From the human T2T-CHM13v2.0 reference genome, Homo sapiens: DNA of 64,000 nucleotides. The translations under genes and the position numbers were made by a program. The notes below the pieces were generated by a model. That model searched no databases. It was not told where the DNA came from and was given only the letters and a program-made list of their open reading frames with translations. Below, piece after piece: positions 1-51,875 of the stretch. Numbering within the stretch: the first letter of the stretch is position 1; every line of letters begins with the position of its first letter. The DNA is taken from NCBI RefSeq assembly GCF_009914755.1, contig NC_060925.1; one strand, written 5' to 3'.

Positions 1-109
1 CTAAATTGAGTAAATACATAGTGGATTTCTTTGTTTCCTTCCCCTCAGAATGTTGAAATTTGGCTGATTGTAACTATTACTTAAGACTCTATCCAGTAAT
101 TGTTCGTAA

Positions 110-447
<338 letters not shown>

Positions 448-1435
448 TAACTAAGTATGCTGGAAGGTGAATGCTTAGGACATTTAGTGTCACTGAGCTG
501 TGTGATAGAGATAATATTTTTGACACTTTGCAGAGCTCATTGTTTTCTCTCCATATAAAGCTATGACATTCACATAATAAACATGTAGAGAGCTTTAACA
601 GACTTCAATGTTAAGTCTTCTAACAGCTGCATAACTGGTCTTGCTTGAACCTGTCTTTTTCATAATGCTACCTTGCCTTTCACACCAATTCTGTGAGCCC
701 AAGCAGGAATGAAGATTACCTATCTCTAATGGCAGGACAGAAGGGAGTGGTGGTTAAGGTTACTGGAGGTTATTGGGGGAATAAATGAAGACCTCATGCC
801 ACTTCTAAACACTGCCAGGACCTAACATACCTTGTGTTTTTATATCCAATATGGGAGTAAAGGTTAGATATTTTAACATCAAATATGAGGATGACACTAG
901 ATGGTTTTAAAAGCCCCCCACCATAACTTCTAAACTCCACAATGTTCGAATATTGTTAGGTTTCAGTGAAATCCTACAGTAGTCCCTTGCTTGGAATCAC
1001 TGTAGGATTGGCTCCAGCAATGGGCAACACAAGGTTTGGTTCTATACAGTAGGTATGGGTCAAAGAAAATGCTATGATTGAAAAATTGCTGTTTTCCTCC
1101 TCAAAAAGCTCATACCAACCAGGAAAGAGCTATCAGAAAACCTTCAGGAAAGAATATAATGATAGGATATAACAAATACCCCCACAGCTGGTCCATAGAC
1201 CAAAGTATAATTCCAAGTAGGGAATTTCACTTAACGAGGTAAGGCATTTAAGGGAAAAGGAATCTAGGCTAGGACTCTGCTAGCCAGACCCAGATAAATT
1301 ATTACAGGGAAGCATGTTCTTGAGGCTATTCTCTATGAAGAAGGGCAACCCACCTTGCCATCTATATCCTTTCTGTTTTCGACAGGGGTGGTCCTAAGCT
1401 GGATAGATCTTTACTCTGACCAGTACCATATAGGT

Positions 1436-2053
1436 CTGTGGTTCTCAAACCTGGCTGCACAGTGTGGCACTTTAAGTAATCCTGATACCCAGTCCCATCC
1501 CCAAAGATGCTGATTTAATTTGTCTAAGGTGCAGTTTGGGCCTCTGGATTGGAACCAACCCATATACCCATCAATGATAGACTGGATAAAGAAAATGTGG
1601 CACATATACACCATAGAATACTACACAGCCATAAAAAAGGATGAGTTCATGTCCTATGCAGGGACATGGATGAAGCTGGAAACCATCAACCTCAGCAAAC
1701 TAACATAAGACCAGAAAACCAAACACTGCATGTTCTTACTCATAAGTGGGAGTTGAACAATGAGAATACACAGACACAGGGAGGGGAACATCACACACGG
1801 GGGCCTGTTGGAGGGTGGGGGTTAGGGGAGGGATAGCATTAGGAGAAATACCTAATGTAGATGTTGGGTTGATGGGTGCAGCAAACCACCATGGCACGTG
1901 TATACCTATGTAACAAACCTGCATGTTCTGCACATGTATTCCAGAACTTAAAGAATATATATTTATATATGTATAAATATATATGAATATATAAATATAA
2001 ATATATATATAAGCTCCCCACGTGATTCTAATGTGTGGCCAGTCTTGCAAACC
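1436..2053. mobile_element. MER5-like hAT DNA transposon fragment split by an L1 insertion
   Basis: ctgtggttctcaaac...ctgatttaatt...ggatt (1436-1550) resumes as aagctcccca-gtgattctaatgtg (2011-2053); family call from recall. Confidence 0.6.
1549..2010 (+). mobile_element. 5'-truncated L1PA 3' end with TA-degenerated tail
   Basis: ORF2 C-terminus (DWIKKMWHIYTIEYYTAIKKDEFMS...) and L1PA 3'UTR ending ccagaacttaaag. Confidence 0.93.
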
Positions 2054-2172
2054 TCAGGCTATTTATTCTAAAGGGTTTGTAACAAGCCTTCCTCTTAAAA
2101 TCCACCCCACCACCATTCAGCGTTTTGGGGTCTGTTTGTTTTTATTGTTATCCCACCCCACACCGCCCCGAG

Positions 2173-2181
2173 GCGCGCGCG

Positions 2182-2224
<43 letters not shown>

Positions 2225-2234
2225 ACACGCACAC
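2173..2234. repeat. (GC)9(AC)n compound microsatellite
   Basis: gcgcgcgcgcgcgcgcgc acacac...; uninterrupted purine/pyrimidine alternation for 62 bp. Confidence 0.97.
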
Positions 2235-3061
2235 TGGTGAATTTCTCTCTACAGTCAGTCTGGAGTAATCCCAAAGTGGTGTCTTTCGTAAATAAGGAGA
2301 ACCCGGGTGAAGAAAATGACTCCCACCCGAACAAGGCATGAACAATGTTCACTCCCTACTGTGTTATTCAACCTGTTTCCCCAGGTCTCTGTTTTCACAT
2401 TAGAGAGTGTTCTAGGAGATGACGCCCTTCCTCCTTAGTTATTTCCCCACCCTCGTGCTGGCCTTTGACAGACCTCCCAGTAGAGGGCCCAAGACGCGGG
2501 TAGAGCACCGCGTCTCAGCGCCTGAGTCTCAGCCCCCGAACTCCACCGCACCTGCAGGTCCCCTTGGCAGCACTCAAGCGCGGGGATGCTCCGCTTAGAC
2601 GAACTCACGTGCGGGCAGCAAGGCCTGCGATACTTGAGCACCCCTCCCCCTCTCCCGTTTACACCCCGTTTGTGTTTACGTAGCGAGGAGATATTTAGGT
2701 TTCTAGAAGGCAGGTCATCGCAGGCCCCACCCAGCAGTGGAGAGAGTGAGTCCCAGAGGGTGTTGCCAGCGAGCTCCTCCTCCTTCCCCTCCCCACTCTC
2801 CCCGAGTCTAGGGCCCCCGGGGCGTATGACGCCGGAGCCCTCTGACCGCACCTCTGACCACAACAAACCCCTACTCCACCCGTCTTGTTTGTCCCACCCT
2901 TGGTGACGCAGAGCCCCAGCCCAGACCCCGCCCAAAGCACTCATTTAACTGGTATTGCGGAGCCACGAGGCTTCTGCTTACTGCAACTCGCTCCGGCCGC
3001 TGGGCGTAGCTGCGACTCGGCGGAGTCCCGGCGGCGCGTCCTTGTTCTAACCCGGCGCGCC

Positions 3062-40913
<37,852 letters not shown>

Positions 40914-42270
40914 CCAAAGAAGAGTTAAGAAGAAAATACACACAAGTATACAGACTGTTCCTAGTTTCTTAGACTTATCTGCATATTGGATAAAATAAAT
41001 GCAATTGTGCTCTTCATTTAGGATGCTTTCATTGTCTTTAAGATGTGTTAGGAATGTCAACAGAGCAAGGAGAAAAAAGGCAGTCCTGGAATCACATTCT
41101 TAGCACACCTACACCTCTTGAAAATAGAACAACTTGCAGAATTGAGAGTGATTCCTTTCCTAAAAGTGTAAGAAAGCATAGAGATTTGTTCGTATTTAGA
41201 ATGGGATCACGAGGAAAAGAGAAGGAAAGTGATTTTTTTCCACAAGATCTGTAATGTTATTTCCACTTATAAAGGAAATAAAAAATGAAAAACATTATTT
41301 GGATATCAAAAGCAAATAAAAACCCAATTCAGTCTCTTCTAAGCAAAATTGCTAAAGAGAGATGAACCACATTATAAAGTAATCTTTGGCTGTAAGGCAT
41401 TTTCATCTTTCCTTCGGGTTGGCAAAATATTTTAAAGGTAAAACATGCTGGTGAACCAGGGGTGTTGATGGTGATAAGGGAGGAATATAGAATGAAAGAC
41501 TGAATCTTCCTTTGTTGCACAAATAGAGTTTGGAAAAAGCCTGTGAAAGGTGTCTTCTTTGACTTAATGTCTTTAAAAGTATCCAGAGATACTACAATAT
41601 TAACATAAGAAAAGATTATATATTATTTCTGAATCGAGATGTCCATAGTCAAATTTGTAAATCTTATTCTTTTGTAATATTTATTTATATTTATTTATGA
41701 CAGTGAACATTCTGATTTTACATGTAAAACAAGAAAAGTTGAAGAAGATATGTGAAGAAAAATGTATTTTTCCTAAATAGAAATAAATGATCCCATTTTT
41801 TGGTATCATGTAGTATGTGAAATTTATTCTTAAACGTGACTACTTTATTTCTAAATAAGAAATTCCCTACCTGCTTCCTACAAGCAGTTCAGAATGCCAT
41901 GCCTTGGTTGTCCTAGTGTGAATAATTTTCAGCTACTTTAAAATTATATTGTACTTTCTCAAGCATGTCATATCCTTTCCTATTAGAGTATCTATATTAC
42001 TTGTTACTGATTTACCTGAAGGCAATCTGATTAATTTCTAGGTTTTTACCATATTCTTGTCATCTTGCCAATTACATTTTAAGTGTTAGACTAGACTAAG
42101 ATGTACTAGTTGTATAGAATATAACTAGATTTATTATGGCAATGTTTATTTTGTCATTTTGCTTCATCTGTTTTGTTGTTGAAGTACTTTAAATTTCATA
42201 CGTTCATGGCATTTCACTGTAAAGACTTTAATGTGTATTTCTTAAAATAAAACTTTTTTTCCTCCTTAAC
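40914..42270 (+). other. CD55: CD55 3'UTR with tandem polyadenylation signals
   Basis: AATAAA at 40994, 41277, 41315, 41782 and 42246; AU-rich; end position estimated ~20 nt after the last signal. Confidence 0.85.
42246..42251 (+). terminator. Distal polyadenylation signal AATAAA
   Basis: cttaaAATAAAacttttttt followed by T/GT-rich sequence. Confidence 0.75.
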
Positions 42271-44464
42271 CACAGTTATCACAACTAGCAGTTGTGATAG
42301 TTTCTAATTTCCTAATAGTTTCTAATATTAGGAAATTCTTTGAACTTTCCTAGAAGTTCTAAGAGTAGGCACATATCCATCCACCTATTCATTCATTCAT
42401 TTGTTAAATATGAGGGCCCGCTCTGCCTATTCTGTAATAACCCAGTGCTTCCAGGGATAGCAATAACACTGGCTCAGCTATTCAGAAAAAAAGCTGAGTG
42501 CCTACTATGTGCAAGTTGTCATATGCTAAAATGTGAGCTTACCAAGATAACTGCAAGTGTCTGCCCTCAAGTTGCTTATAGTTTGCCACAGGAAGACCAA
42601 AATATATACTTATTGAGAGAAAGAAGATAAAGTTACGAGTGTTACAGCCCCGAATATGGTGGGTGCTTAAGCTGTTTGTTAAGCAGTTGAGTGGCAGGGA
42701 GGGAGATATTCAAGGCAGAAAGCTGATTGAGAAAGCAGTAATAGATGAGATTATAGTGGCAGGATGGTCGAAGTAGGAAAGGCTTAGAGCAAGGGCTAGA
42801 CTATGTCATGTGTTCTGTGTAGAAGTGAAAATTTGTAAGCTCTAGACTTTTTATTCTGCTCGATCTAATTAGAATCAGTGAGCATAAAATAGGTTTCTAA
42901 TAGCAAGAACTTGCTATTTAGATAAGGGTAAAAGCGGAAATACTATTAAACAGTCATTTACCTTGAAGAAAATATAAACAGTAGGCTTGTGAGGGTAAAG
43001 ATATTTTCTTGTAGGATTTATATTTACCGTGTATCCTGTAGTTATGAGGTTGAGTGGTTTTATTTTTGCTTAAGATAACCTCTCCTGTGAGATTTTACTT
43101 TGATTGCAAAGGTTGTATTGCTTTTCCTCTTGAGACTGATGTATTTGTTACAGCAAGTTATACCTGCTCACTGTAGAAATTTGAGTTTTATAATATTTAG
43201 CCCCCTATCACTGTCACTTTTCTGGGAATACTTGAACATGAATAATTTTTGTCTTGTCACACCCTAGCCCTGTTTGCTTTGGTTAATGTCCAATGTGCAA
43301 ATGCCTCATTTTCCTCCCACCCATCCTGAGTGTTTTCTTCCTCCTTACCGAAACTAAAAACAGCCCCTTCCCTGAAGGTACTGCTTCCTTTGCAGCCTAT
43401 TCCAGTGGTGGCTGGTTTATTTTCATCCATATGACTCATTGTTAAGAGGTGGCGGAGGTGTTTTCCTTGTTCCTTTGTCATGTCTTCCATCTCAACCCCC
43501 ACACACATCTCTTTAAAAAGAGTAACTGTCCATTCACTCTGGTAGGGTAATTTACTAAAATGTCAAATGTTTTTCCTATAATTCTCCTTGGTGAAAAGCA
43601 TGGATTCTGGAGACAAATCGGAGCCCTGGCATTTATCAGCTGCAGGACTCAAGGGATGTTCCTTGTCAGTGTACCTTAGTTATCTATGTGTAAAGTGGGC
43701 CTAAAATCAGTACCAGCCTCATAGGATTTGCAATGAGAATTAAGTTAATACACGTAGAGCTTAAAATAGTGCCAGCCATGTAGTAAGTGCTCAGTAAGTT
43801 TTAGCTCTTTTTAGTGCACAGGTGGAGAGATTGCCTTAGGTGGAAGCATGCAGGGCTTCAGTACATACTAGGAGGGAACTGTTGCAGGTGGGTTGGAGAT
43901 GCCCATGGTGGCAGCTTTTGGAAATTGATTTCACATTTCTTCTGTTTTCTCAGGGACATATACATCAAGGTCATCATAAAAATGATGACACATGAGGAGG
44001 TGTTATGTTTGAAGACAGGCAGAGAAGGAAAGGACTAGAGACATTTAGTCAATTAGCAGGCAATGCTAAAGACCCAGTTGAGGTGAGTGCTCATGAATTT
44101 AGAGTGCAATCATCAAGCTTCGTTCTGAGTTTTTCTGCAGTCATATTTAGCTTTCTAGATACAGTCTCAGAAAAAACCAGTTGCTTGGATTTAATCATGA
44201 TTGGGTGTTCCCAGGTGAATTTGATGACGTGAGTTGAGCATGTGCACAAGGGAGTGATTAAAATGATGGACCATAGAATTTAAGCTATGTGAGAAGGGAA
44301 GTGAAGACATATGAGTGGTAAGAAACAATGAGTAACAGGATCAATATTTTGTAGACCTTAATGGGGTCATGTCATTGTTAGACTTGGGGTACTATTTAGG
44401 ATGAACTAGAATGGTAATATGCAGTAGTGAGAAATAAGAATGCGTCAATTGAGGGTAAAACAGA

Positions 44465-44900
44465 ATTGGCAACCAGAGGACAAAGCTGTCTACAAATACA
44501 CTTCCCCTTCATTTTGGGCACAAAGTTAGACACATTTCCTGGCACTCTTGCAGTTAAGTGTAGACATAGGACTGAGTTCTGGCCAAAGGAACGTGATCAG
44601 AGATGTGTAGCATTTCTGGGTCTGGCCCTAAAACATCCCCATATGTGATCCTCCTTGCCTCCTTCCCTACACTGAGTTGATGAAAGTGACTGTAGTAACC
44701 TAGTAAGTCATGTGCTAAAGATAACAGAACCACAGAAAGGAAGGAGCTTGAGTCATTGCTTTGAGGAGAGCTGTCTGCTGATCAAGAACACCCACTTTAG
44801 ATTTCATGTGAAGAAGAAATAAACTTCTGTAATGTTTGAGTTCTAACATTTTGGGGATTGGTGTGTTACGTTATTGTGGTTGACATTATCTAAACTAACA
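44465..44900 (+). mobile_element. MLT1-type (MaLR) LTR remnant
   Basis: cacatttcctggcactcttgcagttaag...gactgagttctggccaa...aaataaacttc. Confidence 0.6.
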
Positions 44901-46813
44901 CTGAAGCCTTCTAGATTTTGGTGATACAAGGGTTTAAACAGAACTATGGTTGTGAGAAGTTGAGATAAAATGGTGGACAAAAGTATTGGTGCGGAGGAGG
45001 CCATGGAACATCTTAATTGATACTGAAATCACCAAGAAGCATGGGGATTCATGTTAGAGAGTGATACTGAGTCAGGGGCTAAAATCTTCACGAAATGAGT
45101 GGTTTGTACATCTGAAGATGATTGCAAACAAGAAGATAGCAGGTGCTATATTCTGATGATACGTGACTCGAAGGAAAGGGTTTTGTGGAAAGGAAGGAGG
45201 ACTGGTCTGCAAATAGCAATGATGAATAAAATAGGGCACCAACTTCACCTCTATGCCTGGTACTATGTGGAATGAAAGTGCAATGAGATATTTTTGCCTA
45301 TCAGAGATTTGTTTGCACATTCAAACCCACTGTATGATCCTCTTCCACCCCTTGTTATTGCAATCCCCCTACTTTCTGGTCACCCACCCCTGTCTGTTGA
45401 GGGATTTGGAACTGGCTCACTGTCTCCCAACCATCCTACAATCTGGTATTATCCATAATTATTTCACATTGACAAGGATGACTCCTTATAACATCTGTGC
45501 CTCTGGTTTTATTGACCTTTTGATTTCTAATGACCTCCTTCACTCTACCTGAGTCACTCATCTCCATGGAACCTTCTTAAATCACTAATTCAGGCATATT
45601 TTCTTGCTCAATATAATCTTTTCCGCTTTCTAGTTTAGTTACTGCAGTATGTTCATCAACTCTCCACTTTCTTCCTATTTATAAGTCTCCTACTGTGATG
45701 GATATTTTCTGTTTGTTCATCCAGGACCACTCTCTAGCACACTCCAACTTGCTGTGACCTCAGAGGCTGACCTATAATGGAAGCTGTGGAGGGGAGAGCT
45801 GCATTCCTTCTAATTTTTGTTTTGTCTCAAAACACTCCACAACTTCTTATTTTATTTCACTTTTTTTTTCTACCATCCTATCACCAAAGGATGGCTCCCC
45901 TTCCTTTTGACCTTTTCCTCTTTTAGGAACTACACCTTTCAAAGGCTATCAACTCAGATCACATTATGTTTATGGCCCTTTCCTGAAGGTAGTGCTTGTA
46001 GTTAGTGCTCTGGTCTACAAGGACACCTTTTCAGCATTTTCATTTTTACGGCAGACTCTTACTTTCTGGCAATGGTTTTGGAGCAATTTGAGGACTTTGC
46101 TAGCTCAGCTTTTTTCACTTTCATTGAAGTCTTTCCACAGACTGCCCTTGCTCACCACAGAGGCTTCTAGGAGCAGTGTGAAGGACTCCTGGGTTGTTTT
46201 TGTTTTGTTTGTTTTCTTATAGGCAATTTGAAGTAGGTGCTTTGTCTTCTAGTTATGTTGAGAATGTGGTTTTCATGTGACCAGACTTCCTATTGGTGTG
46301 GCTGTGGAAAATCAGATGTTTTTATATATTATTGGTGGGAATGCAAACTGATACGGCCATTTTATAGGGGAATTTTCCAATATCTAAAAAAAACCCCACA
46401 CATACGCATTTACCCTTTGATCCACCAGTCTCACATCTAGAAATGAACTCTGAAGATATACCTCCAATAATATGAAAATATACAGTACAAGGATATTCAC
46501 CAAAACATTGTTTGTCATTGCAAAAGACTGGAAACCACCTAAATGCTCATATGTAGGACTTGCTCAATAAGCTATGTTATATCCAAACAGTGGAGCATTA
46601 TGCAGCTCTGAAAAAAGAATGAGGAATATCTGTATGAACTATTATGAAGTATTTCTAGGATATATTATTAAGTGAAAAAAGTAAATACAAAAGACTGGTA
46701 TGCTACTTTTCATGTGAAAAAGAAGAAATAAAAAATACACATCCTCGTTTGTACAAAAAGAAACATAGGAAGGATAAACTAGAAACAATGAGATAGTTAT
46801 ATACAAGGTATAG

Positions 46814-47296
<483 letters not shown>

Positions 47297-47683
47297 CCCT
47301 TACTGTATTTCAAATGAATAACGACCACAGTTAAGAGGGAGCTGTGAGGTAGAATTGAATTAACCTCGGAACACAGTATTTTGATTATACAAACAAAGGG
47401 CTAAAGACAAGAATATGAACAAATGTTGGATTTTGTCTAGTGGGTTTGTTTTTCATAGTAGTATGGGTTAGCAGTTTCAACACTGCATTCTAAGATGGGG
47501 TAGGTAAGCAAATATATTGCAAATAATGAGTCAGGATTCTCACTGTTGAAGGGAATTACAAATAAGGGAACACTAGCATGGAGCCTGTGGTATTTGTAAT
47601 TTGAGTTATCAGTATAAACTCATGATTTGGAACATAACTGATACACAGAGAAACGTGTATACACACACATGCATGTGCATATC

Positions 47684-48247
47684 TGTATTAGGTTCTCCAG
47701 AGAAACAGAATCATTAAGATATATATAGATATATGAAAAGATTTACTGTGGGAATTTGCTCATGCAATTATGGAAACCTAGAAGTCCCATAATATGCCAT
47801 CTTCAAGCTGGAATCCCAGGAAAGCAGGTGGTGTAATTCTGAGATTGAAGTCTTGAGAACCGGGGGAGTCAATGGTGTAACTCCCAATCTAGGGCTTAAG
47901 GCCCAAGGACCAGGGCTGCTGGTGTGCAGATGCAAATCCTGGAGTTCAAAGGATTGAGAACCAGGAGCTCTGGTGTCTGAGGGCAGTAGAAGATGGATGT
48001 TCCAGCTCAAGAAGGGAAAGTAAGAATCCGTCCTTCCTCCACTTTTTTGTTCTATTCAGATGAGCCCTCAATGGACTGAACGATGCTCACCCACACTGTG
48101 AGGGCTGGTCTTCTTTATTCAATCCACTGACTTAAGTGCTGATCTCTTCTGGAAACACCTTCACAGACACACCCAGAAATAATGTTCTACCAGCCATGGG
48201 CCTGTTACTTAGCCCAGTCAAGTTGACACAGAAAATTAGCTATCACA
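47684..48247 (-). mobile_element. MLT2-type (ERVL) solo LTR
   Basis: tgtattaggttctccagagaaacagaa...agttgacacagaaaattagctatcaca; TG...CA ends. Confidence 0.8.
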
Positions 48248-48251
48248 ACAT

Positions 48252-48606
48252 CTGTGTGTGTATATACATATGTATTTGCATGTGTGTGTATATATGTGTA
48301 TATATATTCATGTGTGTGTATATGTGTGTATGTTGTGACTGGGTGTATACACATCCATATACATAAAATATTTCAATATATTATATTTTGTATATATGTT
48401 ATATATGTTATATATTATATAGTAATATAAAATATATTTAAGACATTTTTATAATCTATATTGTTATACATTATTTAAATATATGTATATATAAATTATA
48501 TACTTATAAATATGTTATATGTTATGTATATTATATATGCTATATGTATTATATGTTATGTCATATATAATTTATTGAATATATTTATAGTATATGAAAC
48601 ATATAT
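48252..48606. repeat. (TG)/(TA)-rich low-complexity tract
   Basis: tgtgtgtgtatatacata...atatgttatatatg. Confidence 0.9.
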
Positions 48607-48640
48607 AGTCTGTCTTCTTGGAAAAGCATACAAACAATGA

Positions 48641-49072
<432 letters not shown>

Positions 49073-49599
49073 TAAATAAATAACGATGGCAATGGATCAT
49101 AGCACATAGAATAAAATAAGAATTTGAGTCCATACTGATATAATTGAATAATAAAGAGAAGAAAGACACCTTCTTTATAGCAAGATTCCAATTACCTACA
49201 TGTAGTAAAAATGATGCAATTAGAAAGTCAGCATTTGGCAACCATCACAGTAATAATTATTTCAGGCAAGAATCAATGAATGCTAAATCAGTAAAAGTCT
49301 GATGAGAAATAATTATATACTCTTCAATTTTTTCTCCACAAAATACTTAATTGCAAATAATAACTTTGCGGAAGAAAAACCTGACAGACACTATTTTAGC
49401 CAAGTGATCAAAACTAACATCACTGATATTGGGACAAATAACACCTAGTTCCTCCTGATAGGATACATTGAAAAGAACTCTGTCATTTCTGTGTGATTGT
49501 TGCCAAAAATCATAATCTGAATCAAAATATGAGGAAGTATCCGAAAAAAGACAACTTGACCGTCATCCTACAAAATACCTCTTCCAGAGTGGAAAGGTA

Positions 49600-51590
49600 G
49601 TGAAAATCAAGTAGAAGAAGGGAAATAGAAATTTAAAAAATTAAGAAATGAAATAATAAAGGTAAGTGTAAAAATTAAAATAGAAAACAAAAATAATAGT
49701 GAAAATGAAATCAAAAGCTGGGTCTTTAAAAAAAATAAAATTGATAAACTTCCATTTAGATGGGTAAAGAATAAAGAGATAAGACAGAAATTGCCACCCA
49801 TGAACTTTTAGTAATGCAACAGAATACATCACTCACTGCAGAGCATAATCATTGGAAGAAAAATATGAGAATATGGCAGGCAACTTTATGCCAATAAATT
49901 CAATAAACTGGGGATCACGATTATGATCAACATTCACTTTTGAAAGGGCCATGGAGGAAAATGAACCAGGAAGATCCTCCCTGGGGCAGAGCTACCACTG
50001 GATGAAATGAACAATTCATTGAAAGACACAAATTACCAAAACTAACCCAATAAGCAATATAAAACTTGAATTGCCCTATTAATTCAAGAAATTGCATTTT
50101 TAATTAAAAATCTTTCCAAAAAGAAAAATTCATGCCTAAATGGCTTCACTTGTAAACTCTAGCATTTAAGGAAGAAATAAAACCAATTGTACACAAACTC
50201 TTTGAGAAAATAGAAAATACTTCCAAACTCATTTCATGAGGCCAAATATATTAAAAAACTACAGACAAATATCCCTCATGAATATAGACACAAATATACT
50301 TAACAAAATTTTAACAAAACAAATTAGTATATGTAAAAGAATACTTACTATACATCATGATGGAATGAGGTTTATCTGGGGAGTGAAAGGTTGGTTTGAC
50401 ATCCAAAAATTAATCAATGTAATTCACCATATTAGAATAAAGAAGAAAATATAATCATTTCAATAAATGCAGGAAAAGCTTTTTGTAAAGTTCAACACTA
50501 ATTTGTGATTTCAAAAAATCTATCAGCAAACTAAGAATAAAAGAAACATTTCTCTTAATCTAATTAAGGGCATCTTCAAAAACCTACATCTTTCACTGTA
50601 CTCAATATTGAAAGCCTCAATGCTTTCTACCTAAGATAAGGAACAAGGCAGGGATATCTATTCTGCCATTTCTGTTCAACATTATACTGGAAGTTTTAGC
50701 CAGTGCAGTAAGGCAAGAAAAAGAAATGACAGTCAATAAATTGGAAAGGGAGAAGAAAGTCGTTTTTATTGGTAGATGACATGACCAAGTATTAATACAT
50801 AGAAAGCTTAAAGAGTCTACTAGAACTAATAAGTGAATTTATTGAGGTCAGAATACAATGTTAATGTATAAAAATTATAATTTTATGTATTAGCAATGAA
50901 CAATTAGAAAATGAATTTCGAAAACAACTTCATTTCCAACAGCATCCAAAAACATGTTAGAGATAAATTTTACAAAACATGGAAGATAGTTTCTTTTCCT
51001 GTGCAGAAGCGCTTTAGTTTAATTAGATCCCATTTTTCATAAAAAAAGAATGAGATCATGTCCTTTGCAGGGACATGAATGAAGCTGGAAGCCAACATTC
51101 TCAGCAAACTAACACAGGAACGGAAAACCAAACACCACATGTTTTCACTCATAAGTGGGAGTTCAACAATGAGAACAGATGGACACAGGGAGGGGAACAT
51201 CACACACCAGGGCCTGTCAGGGAGTGGGGGGCAAGGAGAAGGAGAGCATTAGGACAAATACCTAATACATGCGGGGCTTAAAACCTAGATGACAGGTTGA
51301 TGGCTGCAGCAAACCACCATGGCACATATATGCCTATGTAACAAACCTGCATGTTCTGCACATGTATCCCAGAACTTAAAGTAACATTTTTTAAAAACGG
51401 AAGAATTCTATTTAAAAAAAAAAAACTATAAATTTTGCTGAGAGAAATTACAGACTTAAGTAAATGTTATTAACATCATTTTCGTGGGTTGGAACACTCA
51501 ATATTGTTAAGATAGCAATTCTCCACACATCAATTTATAACTCCAATAGATATTTTTAAAAAGTGATTCCAAATTTATATTAAAATGAAT
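49600..51590 (+). mobile_element. Old L1M ORF2 remnant containing younger insertions
   Basis: NYRQISLMNIDTNILNKIL...HHDGMRFIWGVKGWFDIQKLINVIHHI. Confidence 0.8.
50985..51393 (+). mobile_element. L1PA 3' fragment with short 5' inversion
   Basis: 50985-51034 is antisense L1 ORF2; 51038-51385 is the sense L1PA 3' end. Confidence 0.85.
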
Positions 51591-51875
51591 TGCCTCTCTT
51601 AAACCTCCCTTATAATTTTTTTAAAAGATTTCAGAAAACTAAACACTATATTACACAGACTCCATTGAAGCTAGGAGTCTAGGAGAAAATTTGATCTACA
51701 ACGTAACAAGCAGTTATGTGATATTTATTTGGAGGTCAGAATTAAGGTGTAGGTCAACTTCCTACTGCTGCTTCTATTTCCAGCAAGATAAGATCAGCCA
51801 CAGGTGATTGTGGTGGTCTTTTTCTACTTTCATTTATCTAGTCATCAACTTTATGGGAATAAAAATCTGCGGTAG

